From positions 224,001 to 288,000 of the forward strand of contig JBBTCT010000022.1 in assembly GCA_038060895.1 (NCBI GenBank): a stretch of 64,000 nucleotides of DNA, given 5' to 3'. This DNA comes from Planctomycetota bacterium (lineage in GTDB: Bacteria > Planctomycetota > MHYJ01 > WSZJ01). A program made the translations under genes and the position numbers. The notes under the pieces were generated by a model that ran no database searches, was not told the DNA's origin, and saw nothing but the letters and a program-made list of their open reading frames with translations. Below are positions 18,643-28,694 of the stretch, one piece after another. How positions within the stretch are numbered: the first letter of the stretch is position 1; each line of letters opens with the position of its first letter.

Positions 18643-20229
18643 CTACTTTTCCGCCTCCAGCCGGACGGTCACGTTTTGCACCGATCGATCGCGGACTCTC
18701 AATTCCGCGCTCAACTTCTCTCCGTCCACTTCCCCCCACGCCACCAGGTCCAGCCGGTCCACGTCCTCGGAATCGAAGAGCAGGCTGAACCGCCCGTCCG
18801 CCCCGACGACGACGATGCCGGAGTCGGGGCGCTTGATGAGGGTGCAGACGCTCGCTCCCGCGCAGGGTTCGCCGTCGGGCTTGAGGACGACCCCGGCGAT
18901 GCGGAAGCCGGCGCGGAGGCGGACGACGAGTTCTTGCCCCTGGGGCTCGACGTTGCGGACGAGTCCCTTGACCCAGTCGATCGCGGCGGGGTCGTCGTCG
19001 GGAGGAGAGACCTCGACGAGCAGTTTCACGGGAGGGAGGCCGGTGAACGCGGCGACGCCGAGCTGATCCGTGACGCGGGCGCTGGCCGGGCTCTCGTAGA
19101 CTTCATAGAGCCGCACGGCCGCCGCGGCGACAGGCCCGCCCGTCGGCGATTCGACCTTGACCCGCAGCGTCCGGTCGAGCGGCTGCACCTGGAGCTGCAG
19201 GACGAGGTCGCGCGCGCCGGCGCTCACGCCGGGCAGCGAGCCGGTGACGCGGACCGGCCACGTGTCTTCCGCTTCCTGAAGCGCCGGCGCCTTCTCGCCG
19301 AAGTCGATCGCGAGCGTGACGGTTTCGCCTTCGGGGACGGTGGCTTCGAAGCGGCCCTCGGCGTCGGTTTTGGCCGTCGAGACCGTGTCCTTCCCCCGGA
19401 GAGTGGCGACGACGCCGCCCTTGAAGGGTCGCCCGCGAGGAGTCAGGACGACGCCTGAGGCGATGCCCGCATCCTCGAGCACGAAGCGCACGTCGTTGCC
19501 GTCGTCCGGGTACAGCTGCGTCTGCATCGGCAGCACGTAGCGGCGTCCGAAGGCGGGGGTTTCGACGACCTCGACCACGGGAAAGTCCCCGTACGACGTC
19601 AGCCGGGCGACGCCGAGCTCGTTGGTGGGGACGCACCCCTGCTTCGGGTCGTCGTTCGCGCGCTCCGACGAAACCACGACCTGCGCGCCGGCGACCGCGG
19701 CGCCGCGGGCGTCGACGACGGTCACGGTGATGATCCGCGCCTGCGGAAGGCGCAGTTCGAGGCCGTCGCGACTTCTTCCATCGGACAGGTCGAAGGGAAG
19801 CGTCACCACGCTTGCGGGGAAACGCAACGCGTCACCCGCCGAGAGGATTCCTGTGCTGGCGGGCAGGCCGTCAAACCGGAAAGCCCCGTCGGACCCTGTC
19901 TCCACGCCATTCATGAAGATGTCCGCAACCGATCTCGTCGAGCGAACCTGCACCAGGCAGCCGGCCGCGGCCGTCCCGTCGTGATTCAGCACCCGACCCG
20001 CGATGAAGAGTTTCCCGGCGGGCGCCGGAGCCCGCAGGCCCGTCGAACTTTCCTTCGGCGGGCTGCCTTCGCCGCCCTCGCCTGCCGCCGGCCTCTCGGG
20101 GCCCCGCGCCAGGTCCGCGGACGAGTCTTCGACAACGGGGCGCTCCGCCCCACGGAACCGGAGCCAGAGCCCGGCCGCCCCTGCCATCAGCAGGCAAAAG
20201 ACGACGCCGATGACAACGCGGTTCCGCAC
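18643..20229 (-). CDS. Carboxypeptidase-regulatory-like (prealbumin-fold) repeat protein with N-terminal TM
   Basis: Repeated GRVL/GVVL..DG.P..GA.V and TD..G.F motifs. Confidence 0.8.
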   Translation of the reverse strand: MRNRVVIGVVFCLLMAGAAGLWLRFRGAERPVVEDSSADLARGPERPAAGEGGEGSPPKESSTGLRAPAPAGKLFIAGRVLNHDGTAAAGCLVQVRSTRSVADIFMNGVETGSDGAFRFDGLPASTGILSAGDALRFPASVVTLPFDLSDGRSRDGLELRLPQARIITVTVVDARGAAVAGAQVVVSSERANDDPKQGCVPTNELGVARLTSYGDFPVVEVVETPAFGRRYVLPMQTQLYPDDGNDVRFVLEDAGIASGVVLTPRGRPFKGGVVATLRGKDTVSTAKTDAEGRFEATVPEGETVTLAIDFGEKAPALQEAEDTWPVRVTGSLPGVSAGARDLVLQLQVQPLDRTLRVKVESPTGGPVAAAAVRLYEVYESPASARVTDQLGVAAFTGLPPVKLLVEVSPPDDDPAAIDWVKGLVRNVEPQGQELVVRLRAGFRIAGVVLKPDGEPCAGASVCTLIKRPDSGIVVVGADGRFSLLFDSEDVDRLDLVAWGEVDGEKLSAELRVRDRSVQNVTVRLEAEK

Positions 20230-20235
20230 GAAGGT

Positions 20236-20964
20236 CTATTTGTCCTCCGTTTCGTCCGGCTTCCCGTGTTTCACCAGCTTCGCCGGCCCGTCCTTGATCA
20301 GCCCGATCCCCTTCACGTAGTACTTGTACTCAATGTGCCCGGGCTCGAGCGGCGTCGATTCCTGGATCTTGAGCACGTCCTTGAACTTCCCGGCCGGCGT
20401 CGTGACCTTGCGGTCGAGGCCGACGATCTCCGCCCGGTCCATCGCGACCCCGGGGGCGACTTCCTGCATGTAGCGGGCGCCCAGAAGCGCCGTCCCCGGC
20501 ATGATCATTCCGAACTTCGCGCCGTCCTTGCCGGCGAGCCAGGAGCCGTCGTGCGAGACGACCTTCCCGCCCTTGTACATGTCCACGTCCTCGCCGAAGT
20601 AGTACACGGCGTTGGTGCGCTTCGAGATCACGAAGTAGTTGCGCGAGACCTCGATCAGTTCGTCTCCTTCCCACTCTTTCTCCTCGACGATGCGCGTGTT
20701 GATGTCGCCGACCTTCTTCGTCTCTTTGAGGACGGTGATCAGGAGCTTGAGCTTCTTTTTCCCCTCCATCCCTTCGTACTCGAGCACGTAACCGGGATCG
20801 AGAATGAAGTAAGGGTTCTTGCCGGATGTCTCGAAGTCCGCGGGGTCCTCGCCGAAATCCTGTGTGAACACGGGCTCGTCCGGCGGCGGCGCTTTCGGGT
20901 CTTCTGCGCAGACGGTCAGGACGAGAAAAAGGGCGGAGGCGGTGAAAAGGGAAGCGCGGATCAT
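20236..20964 (-). CDS. Secreted hypothetical protein
   Basis: AGGAG RBS; signal peptide; NPYFILDPG, VYYFGEDV, GSWLAGKDGA, VTTPAGKF..KYYVKGIGLIK. Confidence 0.8.
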   Translation of the reverse strand: MIRASLFTASALFLVLTVCAEDPKAPPPDEPVFTQDFGEDPADFETSGKNPYFILDPGYVLEYEGMEGKKKLKLLITVLKETKKVGDINTRIVEEKEWEGDELIEVSRNYFVISKRTNAVYYFGEDVDMYKGGKVVSHDGSWLAGKDGAKFGMIMPGTALLGARYMQEVAPGVAMDRAEIVGLDRKVTTPAGKFKDVLKIQESTPLEPGHIEYKYYVKGIGLIKDGPAKLVKHGKPDETEDK

Positions 20965-21098
20965 GGGGGCTCCTGCGGGCAGGTAGAAGTGCCTTCGACC
21001 ATACGCCCCGGAGCGTGGGCGGTTCAAGGACCATATGCGGGCTCCGCGGGCCGAAGTCTCGAGCAGACGATTGCCTGCTCCATGATTTTCAGTCCAAG

Positions 21099-22109
21099 TC
21101 AGCCACCGAGGATCACGCACGAGTCCCCGAACTCGTGGCAGAGGTAACCTTCGGATTCGGCGTGCCGGTAAGACTCGCGCAGCAGTTCCTCCGCCGCGAA
21201 TGCGCACAGCAGCCGGTAGTGGCTGGTGCCGGGTTCGTGGATGCCGGTGAAGATCCCGTGGACGACGCGGGGCCGGGTGTCCGGGGTCACGAGGTGCGTC
21301 GTGCGGCCGGCGCCGGCGCGGATTTCGCCATCGTGCGAACAGGCGCTTCCTTCGAGCGCGCGCACAACGCTGGTGCCGACGGCGATCACGCGGCGCGCGA
21401 CGGCGATCGCATCCACCGTGGCCTGCGGAATCTCGAAGCTTTCCCCGAACGGCAGGCGCGCGTCGAGCGCGGCGTCGCCGGAAGAAGAGAGCCCCGCCGA
21501 GTGCGTGATCGACGCGACGCGCACGCCGGCGCGCGCGAGCCCGAGCAGCGTCGCCCACGACAGCGGGCGCCCCGCCGACGGCGCTTCCGCCGCCCACGGC
21601 CGTGCGGCCCAGCCGGTCTGGACGTCCCAGAGCGCGAGGGGGCGGTCGAGGTACGAGTACTGCACGGGACGGCCGGCGCGATAGAGCGCGGGCCAAAAGG
21701 CGTCGGGGGGTTCGTCGAAACGGAGGTGCACGAGGCGGGGCGAAACGGCGTCCACGGCGGTGACGATGGCGTGCAACTCCGCGCCGAAATCGAGGTGCGT
21801 GCCGGCCGGAAGAAGCGGCGGCGCCGGTCGGTCCTCGGTGCGCGCACGCCAGTCGCCGGCGCCGAAGGCGATCGCTTCCCAGGAATCTGCTGACGGTGCG
21901 CCGCACAGGCGAAGCTCGACGGGATGCGAGGTGGAATTGAGGGAAGCGGGGAGAGTCGCGGCGTCGTTGACGACGACGAGGTCGCGGGGACGAAGGAAGG
22001 AGGGGAGGTCGCGGACGCGTGAGTCGTGGAAAGCGCCGGTGGATGGGTCGATTCGGAGAAGGCGCTCGGCGTCGCGGTCCGTGCGGGGGTGGCGGGCGGG
22101 GCTGAGCAT
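21099..22109 (-). CDS. QueA-like S-adenosylmethionine:tRNA ribosyltransferase-isomerase family protein
   Basis: DLVVVNDAATLPA, PSAGRP, RVIAVGTSVVRALE, TGIHEPGTSH, HEFGDS. Confidence 0.85.
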   Translation of the reverse strand: MLSPARHPRTDRDAERLLRIDPSTGAFHDSRVRDLPSFLRPRDLVVVNDAATLPASLNSTSHPVELRLCGAPSADSWEAIAFGAGDWRARTEDRPAPPLLPAGTHLDFGAELHAIVTAVDAVSPRLVHLRFDEPPDAFWPALYRAGRPVQYSYLDRPLALWDVQTGWAARPWAAEAPSAGRPLSWATLLGLARAGVRVASITHSAGLSSSGDAALDARLPFGESFEIPQATVDAIAVARRVIAVGTSVVRALEGSACSHDGEIRAGAGRTTHLVTPDTRPRVVHGIFTGIHEPGTSHYRLLCAFAAEELLRESYRHAESEGYLCHEFGDSCVILGG

Positions 22110-22114
22110 GGTCT

Positions 22115-22885
22115 TTAGCCTCCGCCAGCTTTCGCCAGCCTCGGCCAGCCTTCGCCAGCCTCACCTTCCATTCCCGGCAAACCGCTGAGCCGCGTTCCGC
22201 TGGGGATTTCCTCAACCCCCTCGATGCACCGCACGATCCGCTTCGCCACTTCCGCCGGATCCGCCAGCGTCGCGGGGTCGGCCTCGGGCATTGCTTCGGC
22301 ATGCATGCGCGTGTTCATCTCGCCGGGGTCGATGCCGAGGAAGCGCACGCCGGTGCCTTCGAGTTCCGCGGCCCAGATGCGGGCGAGGTGATCGAGGGCT
22401 GCCTTGGAAGAGGAGTAGGCGCCCCAGCCGGGGTAGGCGCTTGTGGCGGCGTCGCTGGAGATGTGGAGGACGAGGCCGCGGCGGCGGAGGACCATGGAGC
22501 CGGCGAGGGCTTTGGTCAGGCGGAAGGGACCGACGAGGTTGACCTCGAGGACGCGGGAGAGGTCTTCGCACTCGGTGTCGAGGAGGAGGGGAAGGGGCGT
22601 TTTGCCGAGGGTGCTGGCGTTGTGGACGAGGAGGTCGATCGGGCCGACGAGGGCGGCCGCGGCGCCGGCGAGAGGGTAGATCGCGGACTTGTCGCCGATG
22701 TCGGCGGGGAGGGGGTGGGCTTCACCGCCTTCGGCGCGGATTTCGGCCGCGACGCGATCGAGATCCGTTCTTGAGCGGGCGACGAGGACGACGCGGGCGC
22801 CGCGGCGGGCGAGTTCCTTCGCGAGCGAGGCGCCGAGGCCGCGGCCGGCGCCGGTGACGAGAGCGGAAAGACGGTTGAGATTCAT
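22115..22885 (-). CDS. SDR family oxidoreductase
   Basis: TGAGRGLG, HNAS, YSSSK (YxxxK), DPGEMNT. Confidence 0.92.
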   Translation of the reverse strand: MNLNRLSALVTGAGRGLGASLAKELARRGARVVLVARSRTDLDRVAAEIRAEGGEAHPLPADIGDKSAIYPLAGAAAALVGPIDLLVHNASTLGKTPLPLLLDTECEDLSRVLEVNLVGPFRLTKALAGSMVLRRRGLVLHISSDAATSAYPGWGAYSSSKAALDHLARIWAAELEGTGVRFLGIDPGEMNTRMHAEAMPEADPATLADPAEVAKRIVRCIEGVEEIPSGTRLSGLPGMEGEAGEGWPRLAKAGGG

Positions 22886-22911
22886 TGAGAGCCCTCCGGA
22901 TTGTGTTCCCT

Positions 22912-22946
22912 ACTTAATAAAGTAACTCCTTTACTAAGTTTGTCAA
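22912..22946 (-). promoter_or_regulatory. Inverted-repeat operator overlapping a sigma70-like promoter of the SDR-QueA-like operon
   Basis: ACTTAATAAAG-N6-CTTTACTAAGT (10/11 IR); TTGACA on the minus strand at 22941-22946. Confidence 0.6.
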
Positions 22947-23093
22947 GCGGGTTGGGTAGAAAGGCGGGAGAGAACGGAACCTGGCCCTTGCCCAGGGGAC
23001 GGAATGGGAGCGCCTGGGATTGAAGTTTGGTGGGCAAGGGCAAGGGCGAGGGCAACGACTGCGCTGTGACCGAATTCCGGTAACATTCCGGCG

Positions 23094-24458
23094 ATGCGCA
23101 TCACACTGCTGCTCCTGTTCCTGACCTCCACCGCGTTCGCCGATCGCTGGGGGGCATACGTGGAAAACCGCACGGTGTCCCCCAACGGAAAACACTACGT
23201 CGTCGCCAGAAGCCCCGAGTTCATGAAGCTCTCCTTCCAGATCTGCCGCCGCCGCGACGGTGTCGCGCCCCTTCTCCCGGCCGAGAATCCCGATCCCATC
23301 GATCGCGATTCCGAGGACAAGCTGCTGGCGGAAGGGCAGCTCGACTGGTGCCCGATTGCGATCCGGGTGCTGGACTCGGAGCCCTCGGCGGTGCTGTTCG
23401 AGAAGCACGGCGGAGTCGGGCGCGGAAACTCGCTGGCGCTGGTGGACGAGAAGGGACAGACGCGGTGGACGGTGCAGCTGGACGACCTCTTCACGGCGCA
23501 GGAGATCGAAAAGTTCATGCGCACGGTGTCGTCGATCTGGTGGTCGCAGGGGTGGTGGATTGACGAAAAGCGCGGAAAGGTCGTGGTCGTCGCGACCGGG
23601 GACGCGCTTCGCGAGGTTGACCTCAAGGACGGCAAGGTTTCGACGCCGCCGGCGAAGGTGCTGCTCCTGCGCGTGGAGGAAGGACCGGTGGCGGACCGGT
23701 GCCTGGCGCTTGAGGTGATGTCGCGGATACTGCCGGAGGGGATGACGCCGTGGGTCACGACGGTGGCGCAGGATGAGAAACAGCCGGTTGCGGTGCGGCT
23801 GCGCGCCGCGATTGCGTCGAAAAAGGCGGGTGAGGATCCGAGGGCGGGAGATCTTTTCCTGGCGGCGATCCCGAAGGGACAGCCGATCGACGAGCGGCGG
23901 TACGCAATCGGGCATCTCGGGGAGATTCTCGGTGAGAAGGCGATCCCTCACCTGCGTGAAGCGATGCGCGGGACTGCCGACGGGGCCTGGGGCTCGGCGC
24001 AGGAGGGTCTGGCGGCGTTCGGGGAGCACGCGGTGCCCGTGCTGATCGAGATGATGAAGGAAGTCAAGGAGACGCCGGACTACCGTGGAGGCGCGGCGCA
24101 CGTGCTGGCGAAGATCGGGGCGAGGTCGTCGGTGCCGGCGCTGGTCGAGACGATTTCGGACCCGGTTGAATACGTTGCGAATGCCGCGGCAAACGCGGCG
24201 ATCGCGATCGGGGCGCCGGATCTGGAGGAGAAGCTCGCCGCGATTCTGCTGAAGGGATCGACGCAGGACTCGCGCCTGGCCGGGTACTTCGAGGATCACC
24301 CGGGCGAGCGGGCGGTGGAAGCGCTCGTCGCGGCGCTAGGGCGGACGAAGCCGGATACGTACGACCGGCGGAGGGTGCTGCAAACGCTGAGGAAAATTAC
24401 GGGGAAGGATTTCGGTGAAGAGGCGGAGGATTGGAAGGCGGGGTTGAAAGGGAGGTAA
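23094..24458 (+). CDS. Secreted HEAT-repeat protein
   Basis: Signal peptide; AIPHL, AVPVL, SVPALV and AVEALV HEAT repeats. Confidence 0.8.
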   Translation: MRITLLLLFLTSTAFADRWGAYVENRTVSPNGKHYVVARSPEFMKLSFQICRRRDGVAPLLPAENPDPIDRDSEDKLLAEGQLDWCPIAIRVLDSEPSAVLFEKHGGVGRGNSLALVDEKGQTRWTVQLDDLFTAQEIEKFMRTVSSIWWSQGWWIDEKRGKVVVVATGDALREVDLKDGKVSTPPAKVLLLRVEEGPVADRCLALEVMSRILPEGMTPWVTTVAQDEKQPVAVRLRAAIASKKAGEDPRAGDLFLAAIPKGQPIDERRYAIGHLGEILGEKAIPHLREAMRGTADGAWGSAQEGLAAFGEHAVPVLIEMMKEVKETPDYRGGAAHVLAKIGARSSVPALVETISDPVEYVANAAANAAIAIGAPDLEEKLAAILLKGSTQDSRLAGYFEDHPGERAVEALVAALGRTKPDTYDRRRVLQTLRKITGKDFGEEAEDWKAGLKGR

Positions 24459-24573
24459 CGACGGCGGAAGGAAGCTGTCCTCGCGGCGCCATTCCTCTCA
24501 GGGCGGTGCCATTTCCCATTCCCTCATGCCGGGTAGGAGGGAAAGGACAAGACGGGCGGCTGAATTGGCCTGG

Positions 24574-26391
24574 TTACTTCGCTCCCAACGTCCTCGCCCG
24601 AACAAGGTAAACCCAGACCTCCCGCCCCTTCGCCCCGTTCCTTGTGACCGCCGAGGCCACGAACGCTCTCCCGTCCTGCAGATGCGCGTCGCATCCCAGC
24701 GACACGACCTCGCAGGTCGGCGTCTGCACGGCGCCCCCTGTCTCGGACTCGGTCTCCAGTGCCTCCGCCATCGAGGCTTCGGCCAGACCCGACTGAAGCT
24801 TCACCTGCAGCCGTCCCTCGGTGGCCTGGAGGACGCCGGCGTGGAGAAGGAAGCCGTCGTTCAGCGAATCGATGACGGGATCCCAGGCCTTGGCGCCCCA
24901 GGCGATTTCCACGTCGTGCTCCGCGACGAAATCGGCGTGGCGGCCGCGAAGCGAATGGAAAGGACTCCCGGTGCGGCCGAGCGCGGACGACTGGGCGACG
25001 AGGCGCGCGGTCCCTTTCTGCACGAGCCCGAGGATGTCGCCGAAAAGCGCGTCGGGGAGCCCGCCCGCCCGCTCCAGGACGTCGCGGCGGGCGAGCCACT
25101 CGGACTCGGGGAACGCGAGAAGCCACGACTCGGCCGCGAGGTTCGCGCCAAGGCGCAACTCCAGGTCGGTCAGCGTGCGCCGGATCTTGTCCTGCACTTC
25201 CGGCGGCGCGTGCACGACGAGGTCGTCGCCGATGATGGCGTAGCGGCAGCCGTCTTCGCTCCAGGTTTCTTCGCCGGTGCCGGCCTTGATCCGCTCGTCC
25301 AGTTCGTCGAGGTCCAGGCAGGTCGGATCGGGACCCGGGCCACATCGGATTCCCCCTCCGTTCTCGGGCGGATCGTTCAGCCCCAGATGGGGGGGCCTGC
25401 GATCGAACCAGGGGAGGCGCAGCAGAGCGCCGATGCTGTAGGCACGGAAGACCTCCGCGTTTCCCGCCCGCTCGGCGACGGCGTCGGAAGCGCCCTCGAC
25501 GCGTGCGCGCAGGAGGACGGCCGTGGTCCAGCCCGGAGTGAAGGGGCGGTAATCGGTCGCAGCGAGGAGGAGGGTCCGGCCCGGCTGAAGCGCGACGTAG
25601 GTGCGGATTTCCGTGGAATCCATGCGCGGAAGTTCGAGGCGTCCGCCGGACGCCGCCGGGAGTTTGAAATCGGCCAGCTCGGCCAGGCGCGCGGTCTGGA
25701 TCAGGAGCTCGAGGTGCAACAGGTCCTCGCCCGCCGAAAAATGCGGCCGCATCTCCAGGACCGCACCTTCCTGAAGTTCGTCCATGATCGGGTCGGCGAT
25801 CGCAGACTGCTGCGCAATCTCGATGTCGAAATCTCTCACATAGGTCTTCCGCCGGAGCGACGACGCAACCGCGTAGCGCCCCCCGCCCCCGCGGGCGACC
25901 AGCCGGTGCGCCACCCGGCCGCGCGCCTTGTCAGCCGCCGCGGCCCGAAGCCCCGCCGCCGCCGCTTCGTCCAGCAATCCCGGCGCAAGCCCGTCCGCAA
26001 CCCCGGGCGCCAATTCCACCATCTCCATCTCCACCACGATCGTCCGCGCCGCCCGCTTTTCGAGCAGCTCGAGCGCTGCGGCAATCGACTGAAGCACTTC
26101 CGGCCCCGCCGTCACGCGCAGCGTCCCGTTGGCGTACTCGAGCGTGTCCACGCCGCTGTCCCACGCGCCGGCATTCACGGTCTGGCCGAGGAGAAGCGCG
26201 ATGCTGTCTCCGGTGCCCTCCGTCTCGGGGGCCGCGCCCACCGGGGGCTCGTAAACGACAAAGCCGATCCGCGGCCCGCGCTTTTCGGGACGAGGGTCCG
26301 TCAGGGAGCGCAGATCCCACGTGCGGCGCTCCTGCGCGGAAGCGGCCGTTGCGAAGGCGAGGACGGCGAGGATGGCGATTGAGACCCGCAT
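24574..26391 (-). CDS. Secretin-like protein with two tandem modules
   Basis: Signal peptide; two copies of the DxEIA..DP..G.(V/L)L motif preceded by N3-like segments. Confidence 0.65.
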   Translation of the reverse strand: MRVSIAILAVLAFATAASAQERRTWDLRSLTDPRPEKRGPRIGFVVYEPPVGAAPETEGTGDSIALLLGQTVNAGAWDSGVDTLEYANGTLRVTAGPEVLQSIAAALELLEKRAARTIVVEMEMVELAPGVADGLAPGLLDEAAAAGLRAAAADKARGRVAHRLVARGGGGRYAVASSLRRKTYVRDFDIEIAQQSAIADPIMDELQEGAVLEMRPHFSAGEDLLHLELLIQTARLAELADFKLPAASGGRLELPRMDSTEIRTYVALQPGRTLLLAATDYRPFTPGWTTAVLLRARVEGASDAVAERAGNAEVFRAYSIGALLRLPWFDRRPPHLGLNDPPENGGGIRCGPGPDPTCLDLDELDERIKAGTGEETWSEDGCRYAIIGDDLVVHAPPEVQDKIRRTLTDLELRLGANLAAESWLLAFPESEWLARRDVLERAGGLPDALFGDILGLVQKGTARLVAQSSALGRTGSPFHSLRGRHADFVAEHDVEIAWGAKAWDPVIDSLNDGFLLHAGVLQATEGRLQVKLQSGLAEASMAEALETESETGGAVQTPTCEVVSLGCDAHLQDGRAFVASAVTRNGAKGREVWVYLVRARTLGAK

Positions 26392-28199
26392 CAGCGCACC
26401 TCCGGAAAGCGGACCCGGATGAGGAGAAGGAGCGTTTCGGCGGGGCCTTCGCGTCGCGCCTCCGTCACCGCCGTCCACTCGCCGGCCTTGACGGTCGAGT
26501 CCGTCCGGATTTCGAGCAGGTCGATCGTGGTCCGGTGGATGTCGCCGCCGTGCTCCGCCCCGGTTCCAAATGCTGCGATTTCCGAACGCCACCCGAACTG
26601 GCCCTGGAGTTCCACCCGCGCGCGCCCGCCAGCGTCGGCCGCAAAGGGCCTCACGTCAAGCAGGAGCCCTTCGCGCAGGACGTCGTTGACCGGGTCCGTC
26701 GCCGCCGCTTCCTGCGCAATCTCGACGTCGCGGTCGCGCACGAAGAGCGACTCGGCGCCCGCGAACGCGTGGACGCGCTGGCCGGTGAGCCCGAGAGCCG
26801 TCGCGCCTGCGACCACGCGCGCACGGTCGCCCTTGCGCGCCGCCGCGAGAACGTCCGCCGCCGGGAGGTCGCCGCGCTCCCTGCCCTCGAGGGCCACCAC
26901 GACCGCGTCCACCGCGACCCGCTTCAGCCGGAGTTCGGCCATTCCCTTGAGCGCCGCTTCCGTCGCTTCCAGGATCCCCTGCGGTGCGACGGCCATGATG
27001 CGGTCGTGCCTGAAGCGCAGTTCGCGGCCTTCCACCGACCAGGCGTCCTCCCCGCCGGCCGACTGGCGGAGCAGCGCCCCGAGAGTGTCGTCGTCGAGCC
27101 CGGGATTGCGCGGGTCTTCGATGAAGATGACGCCGCCCTGCTGTTCGTCCCAGTCCGAGAGGTCCAGCCGCTGCCCGGGGAAATCCGTCACGTTCCATTG
27201 GAGGGTGCCGGCCTCGAGGAAGCGCATCTTGAGATCGTCGAGGCCCGCCGCGAGATCGCCGAGGGGCTCTTCGACGCGCTTGGCGCGGACCAGCGCCACG
27301 AGCGTCCAGCCGTTCTCGATGCCTTCGACGCCGCCGGGGACGAGCAGGACGGTGCGCCCCGAAGGGCACGGCCACGTCCCGGCCGCGAACCAGGCCGCGC
27401 GCGAGGGGAGCTGGATCTTTCCCTCGGGTTTCGCCTTCGCGTCGAATTCGAGCACCGTGCCCGGGCGGGCGCACTGGAAGCGGTACTCCAGGAGGACCGT
27501 CGCGCCGTCGGGGGCGAGCACCGGCCGCACGTCGAGCACGGTCCCATCCAGCACTTTCTGCACGAACGGGTCGGCGACCGTGGCCGCCTGCGCAATTTCG
27601 ATGTCGTAGTCCACCACCAGTTGCCGCTCGCGCACGTCGGCCGCGTGAAACCGAAGCCCCGGCGCGCCGCCCGATCGCAGCACCGCCACTGTCCGCCCGC
27701 GCGTCCCGCCCGCCGCCGCTTCCCGCAACGACTGCTCCTGCGCATCCGTCACGACGCCCGCTTCGAGCCCGGCCGTTTCAAGCACCCCCGGCGCCAGCAG
27801 CATGACCTCCGCATCCACCACCACCCGGCGCGCGCCGATCCGCGCGAGCACGTTCAGGGCCGCGACGATCTTCTCCTGGGCCTGCTTCGTCTGCTTGACC
27901 GTCATCCACCCGTCGCCGGCGATGTCGAGCGACGCGTCCCCCGCTTCCCACGACTCCGGCTCGACCATCCGCTGGATCGCCCAGGTCAGCGTCTCGGCGT
28001 CGAAGGCGGCCACTTCCTCGTACTCCTCGCCGTTCTCAACGGCCGAAGTATCCGGAATGGTTTTCAGGCTCAGCCTCGGTCCCGGCTTCGAACTGCCCGT
28101 AGCCCGGAGCGCGCGGACGTCGTGCGTGCGCGTCACAAAGCCAGAGTCCTCGGCCCAGGCAAGTCCCGCGGCGAGGAAGAGGACGGCGATCGGTCGCAT
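26391..28199 (-). CDS. Secretin-like protein with two tandem modules (paralog of the downstream gene)
   Basis: Signal peptide; DYDIEIAQAATVADP..GTVLDVRP and DRDVEIAQEAAATDP..GLLLDVRP; TGATG coupling. Confidence 0.65.
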   Translation of the reverse strand: MRPIAVLFLAAGLAWAEDSGFVTRTHDVRALRATGSSKPGPRLSLKTIPDTSAVENGEEYEEVAAFDAETLTWAIQRMVEPESWEAGDASLDIAGDGWMTVKQTKQAQEKIVAALNVLARIGARRVVVDAEVMLLAPGVLETAGLEAGVVTDAQEQSLREAAAGGTRGRTVAVLRSGGAPGLRFHAADVRERQLVVDYDIEIAQAATVADPFVQKVLDGTVLDVRPVLAPDGATVLLEYRFQCARPGTVLEFDAKAKPEGKIQLPSRAAWFAAGTWPCPSGRTVLLVPGGVEGIENGWTLVALVRAKRVEEPLGDLAAGLDDLKMRFLEAGTLQWNVTDFPGQRLDLSDWDEQQGGVIFIEDPRNPGLDDDTLGALLRQSAGGEDAWSVEGRELRFRHDRIMAVAPQGILEATEAALKGMAELRLKRVAVDAVVVALEGRERGDLPAADVLAAARKGDRARVVAGATALGLTGQRVHAFAGAESLFVRDRDVEIAQEAAATDPVNDVLREGLLLDVRPFAADAGGRARVELQGQFGWRSEIAAFGTGAEHGGDIHRTTIDLLEIRTDSTVKAGEWTAVTEARREGPAETLLLLIRVRFPEVR

Positions 28200-28528
28200 G
28201 AAGCGGTCTCCCGGGTGAATTGGCAGGGCGTCCCCCGGTGCATGAGACGGCCCGACGGGGGTGCGGGTCAAGCGCATTTCTGAAGTTCTGGGCTGGCATG
28301 GGCCGGCATGAGCTGGCGTTGGCTTAGTTCAGCAGGAAGACCAAGACCCGTACAGAGGGTGGGCTGAAACGCCAGTGACTCGGGGCCGGCCAGGGGACTA
28401 TACTCTGGTCGGGGGAGATTTTTCCGAGTGGACCGCTGCTTTGCGCTGAGATCGCTGGTGCGGGAGGGAGAAGTAATGAGCGACCTGCTCTGCGTTGGAC
28501 TTTCGAAACGCTCCGCCCCCTCTCGTGT

Positions 28529-28552
28529 GCAAGCAAGCAAGCAAGCAAGCAA
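28529..28552. repeat. (GCAA)6 microsatellite
   Basis: Six perfect GCAA units. Confidence 0.85.
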
Positions 28553-28694
28553 GGTAACCCACCTCTCAGCGCTGTTTGCGCGCCGCCGAAAGTCGAGATG
28601 CGGAAGACCGCATGGACGCCAGATGTCGCTGTGCCTCCCAGTCTGAAGGTTTCAATGCCAAGTTTTGCCTGGTGCCTACGAGAGGAAATCGCCC

